DNA from: a virus
Taxonomy: Duplodnaviria > Heunggongvirae > Uroviricota > Caudoviricetes
DNA: 38,814 nt
Direction: 5' to 3' (one strand)
IMG/VR virus record: IMGVR_UViG_3300031344_000003
Span: 1 to 38,814 of that record
Part shown: in pieces, positions 26,658 through 34,715 of the stretch
How positions within the stretch are numbered: the first letter of the stretch is position 1
Layout: each line of letters opens with the position of its first letter
Program-made: the position numbers and the translations under genes
The notes under the pieces: model-generated
The model's input: the letters and a program-made list of their open reading frames with translations, nothing else
What the model was told of the DNA's origin: nothing
Databases searched by the model: none

Positions 26658-27608
26658 ATGTACCTCGCGCCCAAGCGGCTTCGACCCGGAGCCCGCGTTG
26701 CCATCATCGCCCCTGCTTCACCCTTTCGCCCTGAAGAGCTGGTGGTGGGCCTCGACGTCGTCCGCGAGTGTGGCCTTGAGCCCGTGCTGGGCCCCAACGT
26801 CAGGTCACTGCGGACGGTTGACATCCACGCCGCACCGCTGGTCGACCGCGCTGAAGAACTGATGTGGGCCTTCACCGACCCGACGATCAGCGGTGTCATC
26901 TGTGCGTTGGGTGGCTACGGCAGCGCCGAGACGTTGCCCTACCTCGACTTTGACAAGATCAGGGCCTCAAGGCGCCCGCTGCTAGGCCTGAGCGACATCT
27001 CGGCCCTCAACAATGGCCTGTTGACGGGCGCGGGCCTCATCAGCATCAATGGCCAGTACCCGGCGATCAGGCTCGACAAGGGTGAGCGCATCAAGAAGCT
27101 CGACTGTGAGTCGCTGAAGTTTGGCTTGGAATTGATGATGAGCGACCAGCCGTGGGACGTACGTCCCTTTGCAGTCAACCAGTTCCTGCCCCGGACGGTG
27201 TCGCCCGGGCGGGCCAGCGGCCACGTCATCGGCATGAACTTGGAGACGTTCTGTTGCTTGCTGGGCACCCCCTTCTTTCCCGACGCCCAGGATGCTATTC
27301 TGTTCATTGAGGACGTGCGCAAGGACGGCGAAAAAGTGGCCCGCATGTTTAGCCAACTGCGCCTCGCTGGCGTCCTTGACAAGGTGGCTGGCATCGTCGT
27401 CGGTGAGTTTGCCGAGGTGCCGACGAAGTTGGAACCCGACGTGCCGTCGATCGAGGACGTCATCCTGCAGTACCTGTCGAACGGGCCCCCGTGTATGTAT
27501 GGGGCATCCTTCTCTCACGGCGATTGGACAATTCCCGTCCCGGTGGGAGCACAGTGTACGATGGATGCAGATACGGGTGAAGTGTCCTTTGACTTCTCGA
27601 TGGCCTGA
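26658..27608 (+). CDS. S66 peptidase (LD-carboxypeptidase/MccF family)
   Basis: LRPG.RVAIIAPAS, GGYG, LGLSDISAL (Ser), LFIEDV (Glu), FSHG (His), PVG; CCTAGTTATCGCT upstream. Confidence 0.9.
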   Translation: MYLAPKRLRPGARVAIIAPASPFRPEELVVGLDVVRECGLEPVLGPNVRSLRTVDIHAAPLVDRAEELMWAFTDPTISGVICALGGYGSAETLPYLDFDKIRASRRPLLGLSDISALNNGLLTGAGLISINGQYPAIRLDKGERIKKLDCESLKFGLELMMSDQPWDVRPFAVNQFLPRTVSPGRASGHVIGMNLETFCCLLGTPFFPDAQDAILFIEDVRKDGEKVARMFSQLRLAGVLDKVAGIVVGEFAEVPTKLEPDVPSIEDVILQYLSNGPPCMYGASFSHGDWTIPVPVGAQCTMDADTGEVSFDFSMA

Positions 27609-27633
27609 ACACCCCCGCGTTCCGCATTAGGAT
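27605..27633 (+). promoter_or_regulatory. sigma70-like promoter
   Basis: CTGAAC-N17-TAGGAT; -35 contains the S66 stop codon. Confidence 0.6.
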
Positions 27634-27734
27634 TGGACTGTGATCTTGTCAGTCGAATTTTTGAGTGTGGTGCCGTGGGCTGTGCAAGCGTGTGCGGTGT
27701 AAGTATAGGATGAACTCTGACGAAGGATGATCCC

Positions 27735-28292
27735 GTGAAGCGCGCCCTGCTCCTCAATGCCGATTACACACCCCTCCATTTCATCAGCGATTGGCGTGCC
27801 ATTCGCCTGGTGATGCTCTCTCGCGCCGAGATCGTCATTGACTTTCAGACGGGTCTGCCGTCGGTGTGGGATGACGAGGCCTTCACTTCGCCCGGATTGA
27901 TGCCCACTGATCCACTGCGATCGGTCGCCATCCCGGCGACGTTGCGGATGTACCGCAAGATCCACAAGAAGTGGAAGCCACCGCGTTTTCGCAGCCAAGT
28001 GTTGTTCAACCGTGATGATTGGACGTGCCAGTATTGCGGCACCAAGTTGTCGTGGAAGACGGTCGAGATCGAGCACGTGGTGCCGTTGTCACGTGGTGGG
28101 CCGACGACGTGGCTCAACTGCGTGTCTGCGTGCAGGGACTGCAACAAGCGCAAGGGCAACAGGACGCCCGACGAAGTGGGCATGAAGCTGTTGAAGAAGC
28201 CCGCCAGTCCGACGGCACTGCACTTCTGGGACGCCGCCAAGACCGATTGTTACCACCCGTCGTGGGATACATTCCTCCCGAAGGAACGCTGA
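27735..28292 (+). CDS. HNH endonuclease
   Basis: LLLNADY.PL, RD.WTCQYCG, EHVVPLSRGG..TW.N.V.AC..CN..KG; AAGGA SD. Confidence 0.9.
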   Translation: MKRALLLNADYTPLHFISDWRAIRLVMLSRAEIVIDFQTGLPSVWDDEAFTSPGLMPTDPLRSVAIPATLRMYRKIHKKWKPPRFRSQVLFNRDDWTCQYCGTKLSWKTVEIEHVVPLSRGGPTTWLNCVSACRDCNKRKGNRTPDEVGMKLLKKPASPTALHFWDAAKTDCYHPSWDTFLPKER

Positions 28293-28305
28293 CCGACGCG
28301 TCGCT

Positions 28306-28325
28306 GATACTTATCGCTCAGGAGC
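28306..28325 (+). promoter_or_regulatory. TACTTA-class promoter plus SD; exact repeat of 12456..12475
   Basis: GATACTTATCGCTCAGGAGC. Confidence 0.7.
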
Positions 28326-28333
28326 CTGTGCGC

Positions 28334-29515
28334 ATGCGATTGAACCTGACTGAGTTGCAGCGAGTCGTGGAGCGAACAATTGACGAAGAGAGGGCCGTTG
28401 ATGCCCTGAAGGGTGAAATCCGCCGCGTCTTGGGCCCGGTCGTCATCACTGAGGGTCGGCTAGAACACGTCGTGGCCGAGGCCAATGATCGCCTCGACGT
28501 CCTGCACCGCACGGGCCGCGACGGGCAACTTGACTTTCTCTCCAACATCACCACGACCTTCATCGACCACAAGCACCCCGAGGTTCGACGCTTTGCGGCG
28601 CGCATCATCCCGGAACGTTTCTTGCCCAAGATGGTGACCGACAAGGACGCCGCCGTCCGCGCCGCCGTCGCCATGCGGGTGCCCATGCCCGCGGTTCGCG
28701 AGATGATGAAGCGCTTCAAGCACGACGACCAACTACGTGCCATCTATCGCCAACGCAAGCAGGCGCTGCACGAGGCGGGCATCAGCCCACCCAAGGCAGA
28801 ACCCCTGGGCCATGACCCTGTCGACGGTGCAGAGCGAATGGGCGACGTGGCCCGGACGGCCGAAGGCCCCGAATTGAGCGATGCATGGTACGACGAACAG
28901 GCCCGCCTCTTCATTCACGACTACGCTCGAGCCGAGGCCAATGATCAGCATGCCCGGTTGCTCGATCGGGGGTGGGCATCGCTCGTCGTCCGCCGCTTCT
29001 GTGCCAGCACCAAGGCGACGGCGCACGTTGAGATCGATGCAGAGAAGTTGCTGAAGCACGTCAACGACCTGATGGAAGAGAAGGACGATCGGACGCTGGA
29101 ACGCGACGCGATGAAGGAGACCCTGGCGTGGTTGGGTGCGCAGGACATCAATGAGTCGGCACTGCCTGAATTCCACGAGATCATCGATCCCGTCCGTGCA
29201 CTGCTGGAGGCCAACCTGTCGCAGGAACAGTACGTCGCCGAGGCGCTGAAGCTGTTCAACGTCAAGCGGTCGGAGCTGCCCAAGGGCATCCGCAAGTACT
29301 GCCTGGGTGAGGCCAACCTGCGGGTGACGTTGGTGCCGTGCCTGGGTAGCCTGCCGCACCAGCACGGTTTCCGCGCCGTCGACGAGCGTGCCCTCGACAA
29401 GTTCTGTGAGTCGTGGAACGACGGCCAAGCGCTGGTCGGCGAGCCCTTCGTCCTCAACTGGGGACCTCACCAGGGCGATGCATCGAAGGTCAACTTTACC
29501 GTCACCCTGAAGTAA
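28334..29515 (+). CDS. hypothetical protein with leader motif and LRV/HEAT-like repeats
   Basis: MRLNLTELQRVVE; HPEVRRFAARII and DKDAAVRAAVA repeats. Confidence 0.75.
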   Translation: MRLNLTELQRVVERTIDEERAVDALKGEIRRVLGPVVITEGRLEHVVAEANDRLDVLHRTGRDGQLDFLSNITTTFIDHKHPEVRRFAARIIPERFLPKMVTDKDAAVRAAVAMRVPMPAVREMMKRFKHDDQLRAIYRQRKQALHEAGISPPKAEPLGHDPVDGAERMGDVARTAEGPELSDAWYDEQARLFIHDYARAEANDQHARLLDRGWASLVVRRFCASTKATAHVEIDAEKLLKHVNDLMEEKDDRTLERDAMKETLAWLGAQDINESALPEFHEIIDPVRALLEANLSQEQYVAEALKLFNVKRSELPKGIRKYCLGEANLRVTLVPCLGSLPHQHGFRAVDERALDKFCESWNDGQALVGEPFVLNWGPHQGDASKVNFTVTLK

Positions 29516-29524
29516 GATCTTGAG

Positions 29525-30007
29525 ATGCAGACGACGCTCGGCAAGCTGAAGTACGTGATCAGCGAGGTGCTTGAGGCCAACCAGGTGCTCAATCGCCTGC
29601 GTGCCGTTGCTGCTGGCAAGAAGCCCTACATGGTGGGCCAGTGGGCGACGGTGCCCCGAGATTATTCACAGCCCAGCGTGGGCGTCGCTAGTTGTTGGGT
29701 TGCCGAAGACCCCGAGTTGGGCAAGGTGTACCTGACGTTTAGCTCACACATCACCTACAAGAAGGTCAAGAACAGTCGCCTGCGCGATCCCGGCGGCACC
29801 CGCTATGCCTACACCGCGATCCTGTCGTCGCACCCGTGGGAGACGTTTGAGAACCACGGCAATGTGCCTGTCTTCAAGCTGGCGGCGACGGGTGAAGGCC
29901 GCGAGGACGACAAAGCACTGCAGGCGCGCAAGCAGATGGTGAAGCTGTTCGGCGTCGACCCGATGGCCCACAGGGGCCCACTTGAACCGACGGAGACACG
30001 AAGATGA
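29525..30007 (+). CDS. hypothetical protein with shared N-terminal leader
   Basis: MQTTLGKLKYVISE. Confidence 0.75.
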   Translation: MQTTLGKLKYVISEVLEANQVLNRLRAVAAGKKPYMVGQWATVPRDYSQPSVGVASCWVAEDPELGKVYLTFSSHITYKKVKNSRLRDPGGTRYAYTAILSSHPWETFENHGNVPVFKLAATGEGREDDKALQARKQMVKLFGVDPMAHRGPLEPTETRR

Positions 30008-30339
30008 AGACGACAATCAGCAAGCTGAAGCAGTTGATCAACGAGCACCTGTTGGTCGAGGTACCCGTTGGATCCGGCATGCGCAAGCCGCAGTTCGGCC
30101 TGTCGTCGGGAGGCGGTGGTCTCAGGCCCGCCAAGTTCGATCCTGCAGTGCACGATCTCAAGGACGTCATGTGGGCCGTCATGGACGAGTTTGCGGGCGT
30201 TGCCTCTGACCTCGGTGTCGACGACATCAAGGATCCCGCCTTCATCGGTTACATCGGCGATCAGTTGACTGATAAGGGTGTGCCCAACGACATCATCCTG
30301 CAGGTCAAGGCCAAGCTGCAACGCGGGCAGTCGCGTTAG
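30004..30339 (+). CDS. hypothetical protein with shared N-terminal leader
   Basis: MKTTISKLKQLINE; ATGA coupling. Confidence 0.75.
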   Translation: MKTTISKLKQLINEHLLVEVPVGSGMRKPQFGLSSGGGGLRPAKFDPAVHDLKDVMWAVMDEFAGVASDLGVDDIKDPAFIGYIGDQLTDKGVPNDIILQVKAKLQRGQSR

Positions 30340-30341
30340 GG

Positions 30342-30370
30342 TTGAACATCACGTGCAGTGTGTGTAAGAT
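30342..30370 (+). promoter_or_regulatory. sigma70-like promoter (leadered)
   Basis: TTGAAC-N17-TAAGAT, then GGGAGGG SD. Confidence 0.68.
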
Positions 30371-30393
30371 CATGAACGTGGGGAGGGCAGCAC

Positions 30394-30729
30394 ATGATCA
30401 ATGAATTGTCACAGGCGAGGTTGTCGCCCGAGAGTGATGCGTACAAGCGCGTCTATGACCTGCTCGAGGAACACACAGTCTCGTGGGTGACTGACGCGTG
30501 GAAGAAGAACCCCACGCTCGATGCCATTCAACAGCAACCGCTGTACAAAGTGACGCTTGAACAGGTGTTGAATGCGCCCAACGGGCGTAGTCTAAATCCA
30601 CAAAAAGTACGTGCTCACCTGGCGCTTCGTGATCAATTCGTGGTGTTGGCAGTCAATGGTGTTGAGGTTTGCGTGTTCGGTGAAGTTGCTGATCAGATCT
30701 TCAATGCGTTGGCCGAACATGCGACCTGA
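30394..30729 (+). CDS. hypothetical protein
   Basis: Promoter plus SD. Confidence 0.7.
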   Translation: MINELSQARLSPESDAYKRVYDLLEEHTVSWVTDAWKKNPTLDAIQQQPLYKVTLEQVLNAPNGRSLNPQKVRAHLALRDQFVVLAVNGVEVCVFGEVADQIFNALAEHAT

Positions 30730-30922
30730 TCTTGGTGACATTATTCGGTACAAGTTGGGAATGACAAAGGTGAACGGAGAGTGGGTCGAAGAGCTTAGTG
30801 ATGATTTTGGAACTGTTATTTCGGTTAGCGATAATGACATCGGAGTGTTTTGGAGCGTTACTCAACGCATTGAACATCACTCTCCGGGTGATCTAGTTGT
30901 AGTCGTTCGACGATCCAAGTGA
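30719..30922 (+). CDS. small SH3/KOW-like hypothetical protein
   Basis: MRPDLGDIIRY...FGTVISV...V.W. Confidence 0.55.
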   Translation: MRPDLGDIIRYKLGMTKVNGEWVEELSDDFGTVISVSDNDIGVFWSVTQRIEHHSPGDLVVVVRRSK

Positions 30923-30928
30923 AGTGCG

Positions 30929-31210
30929 TTAGTTGAAGCGATCGACGACGTTGCCGTCCCGGTCGACGACCAGCCCCGCCTTGTCGAGTGCCAGCCCGAT
31001 GGCGTGCTCGCTCGCACCCAGCCAGCTGACCAGCTCATCGAACGACACCTTGCCCGGTGTCACCCCCTTGGGATCCGTCTTGCGCTTGTTGCGCAGCGAG
31101 CTGACGTAGAGGTCTTCCCACGTCGTCCGCACTTCGTCGGGCGACGGCACCCGCTCGATGTCAATGCTCTCATGGATCAATGAGCGCAGGTGTTTGACTG
31201 TCGTCCGCAT
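30929..31210 (-). CDS. hypothetical protein with shared N-terminal leader
   Basis: MRTTVKHLRSLIHE; TGATG coupling on the minus strand. Confidence 0.75.
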   Translation of the reverse strand: MRTTVKHLRSLIHESIDIERVPSPDEVRTTWEDLYVSSLRNKRKTDPKGVTPGKVSFDELVSWLGASEHAIGLALDKAGLVVDRDGNVVDRFN

Positions 31211-32094
31211 CAGATCTCGCCGTGCTTCTTCATGTTCCACGCCACGGCATACGGGTTCTCGACGCCTTTCTGCTTCTTGAGGGCCTTGACGACCTTCTTG
31301 CCTCCGGGCGGCGCCACTTCGTCGACCTTCGACCGCTTGTGTTTGGGGTGAGAAGTGCCTGCGGGCATGTTCGACGTGAAGTCCTCGGCACCGTAGACGA
31401 TTGACGAACTCTCGTCCGTCAACTTGGCGTCCGCCTTCGGTCGCGCACAGTCTGGGCAGGTGCAGCCGGCGGCATGGCCCGGGTGGCGTGCGGGGCCGTC
31501 GCTTTCCTTGACGGCGCGCTTGGCGCGCTTGGGTTTTTCGCCTGAGCCACCGCACTTCGGGCACTTCTTGGTGTTTCCCGGCTTGTTTGATGGAGCGAAC
31601 CCACCACCGTTACACGTCGGACACACGTCTTCGTCGGGTTCGTACGTGGCAACGCCGTATTTGCCTTCGGCCATGTCGGGCGGCGTCCCCATCCGTCCGC
31701 ACTGGGTGCACGTCGACTCGTCCATGCCCATCAGGCCCCCGCACGATTCGCAGGTGGGCTTGTTGATGGGTCCGGGCGTCAGGTCTTCGGCGATCGCACC
31801 AGTCGCTCGCACATCTTCTTCGCGTACCTCGATGTCCCCCGCCGCGGTCGACACCTTGTACCAGAGCTGACTGCGTTGTTTCTTGCCCCCCGGCCGGCCG
31901 GGGCCGAACATGTGTGAGGTGACCTGACCAGCAACGCGTGCACCGTTGCGCTTGACCATGACGGGTGTTCCTGGTGCGAGGATCGCCCCTCCCCCGTGTG
32001 AGTCATAACTCTCCGTGATGGGTTCACCGAACCTCTCGAGCAGTGACTTCATGATCTTGGCAACGGCGTGTTCACTGAGGGGTTGGCGAGGCAT
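31210..32094 (-). CDS. multi-module protein (SH3-like, Zn ribbons, CxxCxGxG), putative virion protein
   Basis: CESC..CTQC, CPTCNGGG, CPKCGGSG, CTCPDC; C-terminal EVAPPGGKKVVKALK...NPYAVAW; TACTTA 5 nt upstream. Confidence 0.75.
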   Translation of the reverse strand: MPRQPLSEHAVAKIMKSLLERFGEPITESYDSHGGGAILAPGTPVMVKRNGARVAGQVTSHMFGPGRPGGKKQRSQLWYKVSTAAGDIEVREEDVRATGAIAEDLTPGPINKPTCESCGGLMGMDESTCTQCGRMGTPPDMAEGKYGVATYEPDEDVCPTCNGGGFAPSNKPGNTKKCPKCGGSGEKPKRAKRAVKESDGPARHPGHAAGCTCPDCARPKADAKLTDESSSIVYGAEDFTSNMPAGTSHPKHKRSKVDEVAPPGGKKVVKALKKQKGVENPYAVAWNMKKHGEI

Positions 32095-32099
32095 GTCGT

Positions 32100-32105
32100 T
32101 AAGTA
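32100..32105 (-). promoter_or_regulatory. TACTTA-class promoter (leaderless-like)
   Basis: Minus strand GAATACTTAACGACATG. Confidence 0.6.
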
Positions 32106-32112
32106 TTCACGT

Positions 32113-32130
32113 CGTGCCCATGTGGGCACG
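32113..32130. repeat. inverted repeat between divergent promoters
   Basis: CGTGCCCA-TG-TGGGCACG. Confidence 0.6.
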
Positions 32131-32135
32131 CATCT

Positions 32136-32164
32136 CTGAACACGGGCGCGGGTGATGATAGAAT
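32136..32164 (+). promoter_or_regulatory. sigma70-like promoter, probably leaderless
   Basis: CTGAAC-N17-TAGAAT (TGn extended)-N6-ATG. Confidence 0.75.
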
Positions 32165-32170
32165 TGACCC

Positions 32171-32551
32171 ATGGCAAAGCGTAAGGGTTATCGGCCCCGT
32201 CACCTGTTGGTCAAGGACTTCACCACGATCCTCTTTGCTCACGACCTGATGGGTTTGACGGGCTTGGGCTGTCCCACTGACGAGTACGAGAGCGAGGCGC
32301 TGAGCATCGTCGCCCGGATGACGGAGACACAGATGCTCGATGCGGCGTCAGGTGCGTCGGCTGAGGATGCGCTGGCAGTGACCCTCCACATCATCAGGGA
32401 CGTCTTCGAACTGTGGTTCGGCACCATCGTCGACGGGGCGAAGGCCCTTGACTTGGCCCGAGTGTTATTGGCTGAGCACGTGGCATCGTACCCCGCGTCT
32501 AAGAAGAAGACGGCACCCGTGGCTGATACGAGCCCTGAATCAGGTGTATGA
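32171..32551 (+). CDS. hypothetical protein (DEY..EA..I motif, YugE/DUF1871-like)
   Basis: HDLMGL....PTDEYESEALSI. Confidence 0.6.
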   Translation: MAKRKGYRPRHLLVKDFTTILFAHDLMGLTGLGCPTDEYESEALSIVARMTETQMLDAASGASAEDALAVTLHIIRDVFELWFGTIVDGAKALDLARVLLAEHVASYPASKKKTAPVADTSPESGV

Positions 32552-32559
32552 TCTGTGAC

Positions 32560-33561
32560 ATGAGCCGCAATGTCTTGATCACGGGTGCAGCGGGGTTTGT
32601 CGGCAGTCACCTGTGCAAACACTACCTCGATGCGGGTGACAGAGTCTGGGGCATCGACAACTTCTGCTCGTCAGACGAGCACTCTGAACACTTGGCGGCA
32701 CTGAAGGCCCACTCGAACTTCACTTTCTCCATGGCTGATGTTACCGATGATCACCAAGACTGGTTTTCAATCTTTGAATTTAACATGGATAATGTCAAGT
32801 TCGACCTCATCTTAAATTTCGCGTGTCCCGCCTCTCCTCCGTCATACCAAGACATGCCGGTTTTGACGATGATGACGTGCACACAGGGTACCGCAAACGT
32901 GCTCGACCTGGCAGATGAACACGGTGCCGTCGTCGTCCACGCATCGACCAGTGAGGTGTACGGTGAGCCGCTGGTGTCACCGCAACGCGAAGACTATAGA
33001 GGAAATGTAAATCCGTATGGGCCTCGGGCTTGTTACGACGAGGGTAAACGTGCTGCCGAAGCGCTGTGCTACGACTACTTGCACATGTACGGCGTCGATG
33101 CGCGTGTGGTTCGGGTGTTCAACACTTATGGGCCGCACCTCGATCAGCACGACGGCCGTGTCATCAGCAACTTCATCAGGCAAGCGTTGCAGGGTGAACC
33201 ACTGACGGTGTATGGGCACGGCCAGCAGGGGCGGTCGTTCTGCTACGTTGATGACTTGGTGCGTGGCATCGTCGCGGTGGGTGACCTGCCTGCGAACCCG
33301 CAGGGACCCATCAACCTCGGCAACCCTAATGAATACAGGGTGATTGAGCTGGCGACGAGGGTGCTTGAGAAGGTCGGTGCACTTGAACGGCACCGCTTGC
33401 GCGGCGATCAAATCATCCACAAGCCCATGCCCATCGACGACCCGACGCAGAGGTGCCCCGACATCACGCGGGCCAAAGAGCTGCTCGGGTGGGAGCCACG
33501 GGTTGGGCTCGACGAGGGCCTAGATCGAACGATAGGCTACTTTCGGCGCGTCGTCAGGTGA
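32560..33561 (+). CDS. UDP-glucuronate decarboxylase (UDP-xylose synthase)-like extended SDR
   Basis: TGAAGFVGSHL, ACPASP, STSEVYG, GNVNP.GPRACYDEGKR, DGRVISNFI.QAL, SFCYVDD; TATGAT-N7-ATG. Confidence 0.9.
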   Translation: MSRNVLITGAAGFVGSHLCKHYLDAGDRVWGIDNFCSSDEHSEHLAALKAHSNFTFSMADVTDDHQDWFSIFEFNMDNVKFDLILNFACPASPPSYQDMPVLTMMTCTQGTANVLDLADEHGAVVVHASTSEVYGEPLVSPQREDYRGNVNPYGPRACYDEGKRAAEALCYDYLHMYGVDARVVRVFNTYGPHLDQHDGRVISNFIRQALQGEPLTVYGHGQQGRSFCYVDDLVRGIVAVGDLPANPQGPINLGNPNEYRVIELATRVLEKVGALERHRLRGDQIIHKPMPIDDPTQRCPDITRAKELLGWEPRVGLDEGLDRTIGYFRRVVR

Positions 33562-33579
33562 GTTCTCCGCACGTGGGTG

Positions 33580-33586
33580 ATACTTA
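33580..33586 (+). promoter_or_regulatory. TACTTA-class promoter
   Basis: GATACTTAACC followed by AAGGA SD. Confidence 0.55.
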
Positions 33587-33607
33587 ACCACGAAGGAATT
33601 CATCACC

Positions 33608-34048
33608 ATGACGATCGATCCGGTTCAAGTAGCCGCGTATGTTACCGCTGGCGCACTCGCTGCGACGAAGTTGTTTAGTGCGTTTCAACCACTGTGGCAA
33701 AAACTGCCGCGGTGGCTCGCTGTCGCCTTCCCGATCCTCGTGTTGGATCTTCCGCAGGTTGCCGTCTACTTCGGCCATACTGCCACGACGGGATCGCTAT
33801 CGACAGCGTTGATCGCTTCACTCGCCTTGCTCGTCCCGGGCGTCGCTGAGGCTGAACTTACGCCGCAGCAGGTGACCGCCGCGAAAATCGCTGCGATTAA
33901 ATCTGCCGCATCTGACACCGCCGACGCTGCCCAAGCGACGAAAGACGCCCACGCAATGCCCGTGGGTGAAGGCGCACCGATGCCGGCGACTGTTGCTACG
34001 GGTGTCACGGGCACCGCCACTGTCGTGGTGACGCCGCCGAAGGCATAA
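33608..34048 (+). CDS. membrane protein, holin-like (2-3 TM plus Ala-rich tail)
   Basis: Hydrophobic N-terminal half; putative late promoter. Holin function is inference only. Confidence 0.6.
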   Translation: MTIDPVQVAAYVTAGALAATKLFSAFQPLWQKLPRWLAVAFPILVLDLPQVAVYFGHTATTGSLSTALIASLALLVPGVAEAELTPQQVTAAKIAAIKSAASDTADAAQATKDAHAMPVGEGAPMPATVATGVTGTATVVVTPPKA

Positions 34049-34076
34049 GTTCTTACGTAGAGAGTTTGTTGTTGTG

Positions 34077-34094
34077 TGGTCTCGAAAGAGACCA
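34077..34094 (+). terminator. 7-bp hairpin with GAAA tetraloop
   Basis: TGGTCTC-GAAA-GAGACCA then TT. Confidence 0.5.
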
Positions 34095-34131
34095 TTCGAC
34101 GTTAAGGGCGTAGAGTGTTGTACTATGTACA

Positions 34132-34431
34132 ATGAGCCTAAGCATCGAACGTGGTCATGAGTTTGAAAGTAATATGTTTCCCGCCGGCATTGGTGCAGCT
34201 TATGGCATTGTGATGGAAATTGATTCTAGCTCTACTCCCGATCGAATCACTGGAAAGTGGTTGATTGGTGACAAACTGCGTAATTTCTGTGCTGTTGCGC
34301 ACAATGAATTTCACCTTCATCATCCTCAATCTGAAATTGGACTGAGTAGGGCGAAGACTATTGGCCAGTGCGACTTTCTGGGTATTGACACAGTCGGCGT
34401 TGTCTCAATGTGGTATGAACAGGAAAAGTGA
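34132..34431 (+). CDS. hypothetical protein (AT-rich)
   Basis: TACTAT-N5-ATG. Confidence 0.55.
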   Translation: MSLSIERGHEFESNMFPAGIGAAYGIVMEIDSSSTPDRITGKWLIGDKLRNFCAVAHNEFHLHHPQSEIGLSRAKTIGQCDFLGIDTVGVVSMWYEQEK

Positions 34432-34646
34432 GGAGAAAATACATGACGAAAAGTTACATATCAGATGTTGATGCGCAACAAGGTGACTTCTATGAAGACA
34501 CTGAACATCGCGTGTATAAGTGTGTCGCAAGGTGCGGCATCACTGTGACGGAAGGAAAGACATCATACACAACTTCATGGGAGTGCGTGTCAAAGGATGT
34601 TGATCTTGCGCCCGTGGGGCATATGAAACAAACTTCACGGCGCTGA
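34428..34646 (+). CDS. hypothetical protein (AT-rich)
   Basis: GTGA coupling. Confidence 0.5.
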   Translation: MRRKYMTKSYISDVDAQQGDFYEDTEHRVYKCVARCGITVTEGKTSYTTSWECVSKDVDLAPVGHMKQTSRR

Positions 34647-34649
34647 CGA

Positions 34650-34695
34650 AAAATTAACGACCTACGGGGCGCACAATTTCTTGGGCACCCCATAG
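34650..34695 (-). terminator. intrinsic terminator of the minus-strand peptide transcript
   Basis: On minus: 14-pair stem with two G-U wobbles (C/A mismatches on plus), one mismatch, GAAA loop, then GTCGTTAATTTTT. Confidence 0.7.
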
Positions 34696-34715
34696 ATCTG
34701 GTTAGATGGTCGTGG

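Noticed and set aside
28019-28333. N-terminal extensions given by the ORF track (also 3617, 7265, 12784, 13366, 21968, 24742, 30611)
   Set aside because: They overlap upstream genes; downstream starts have SD, promoter or stop-start coupling support.
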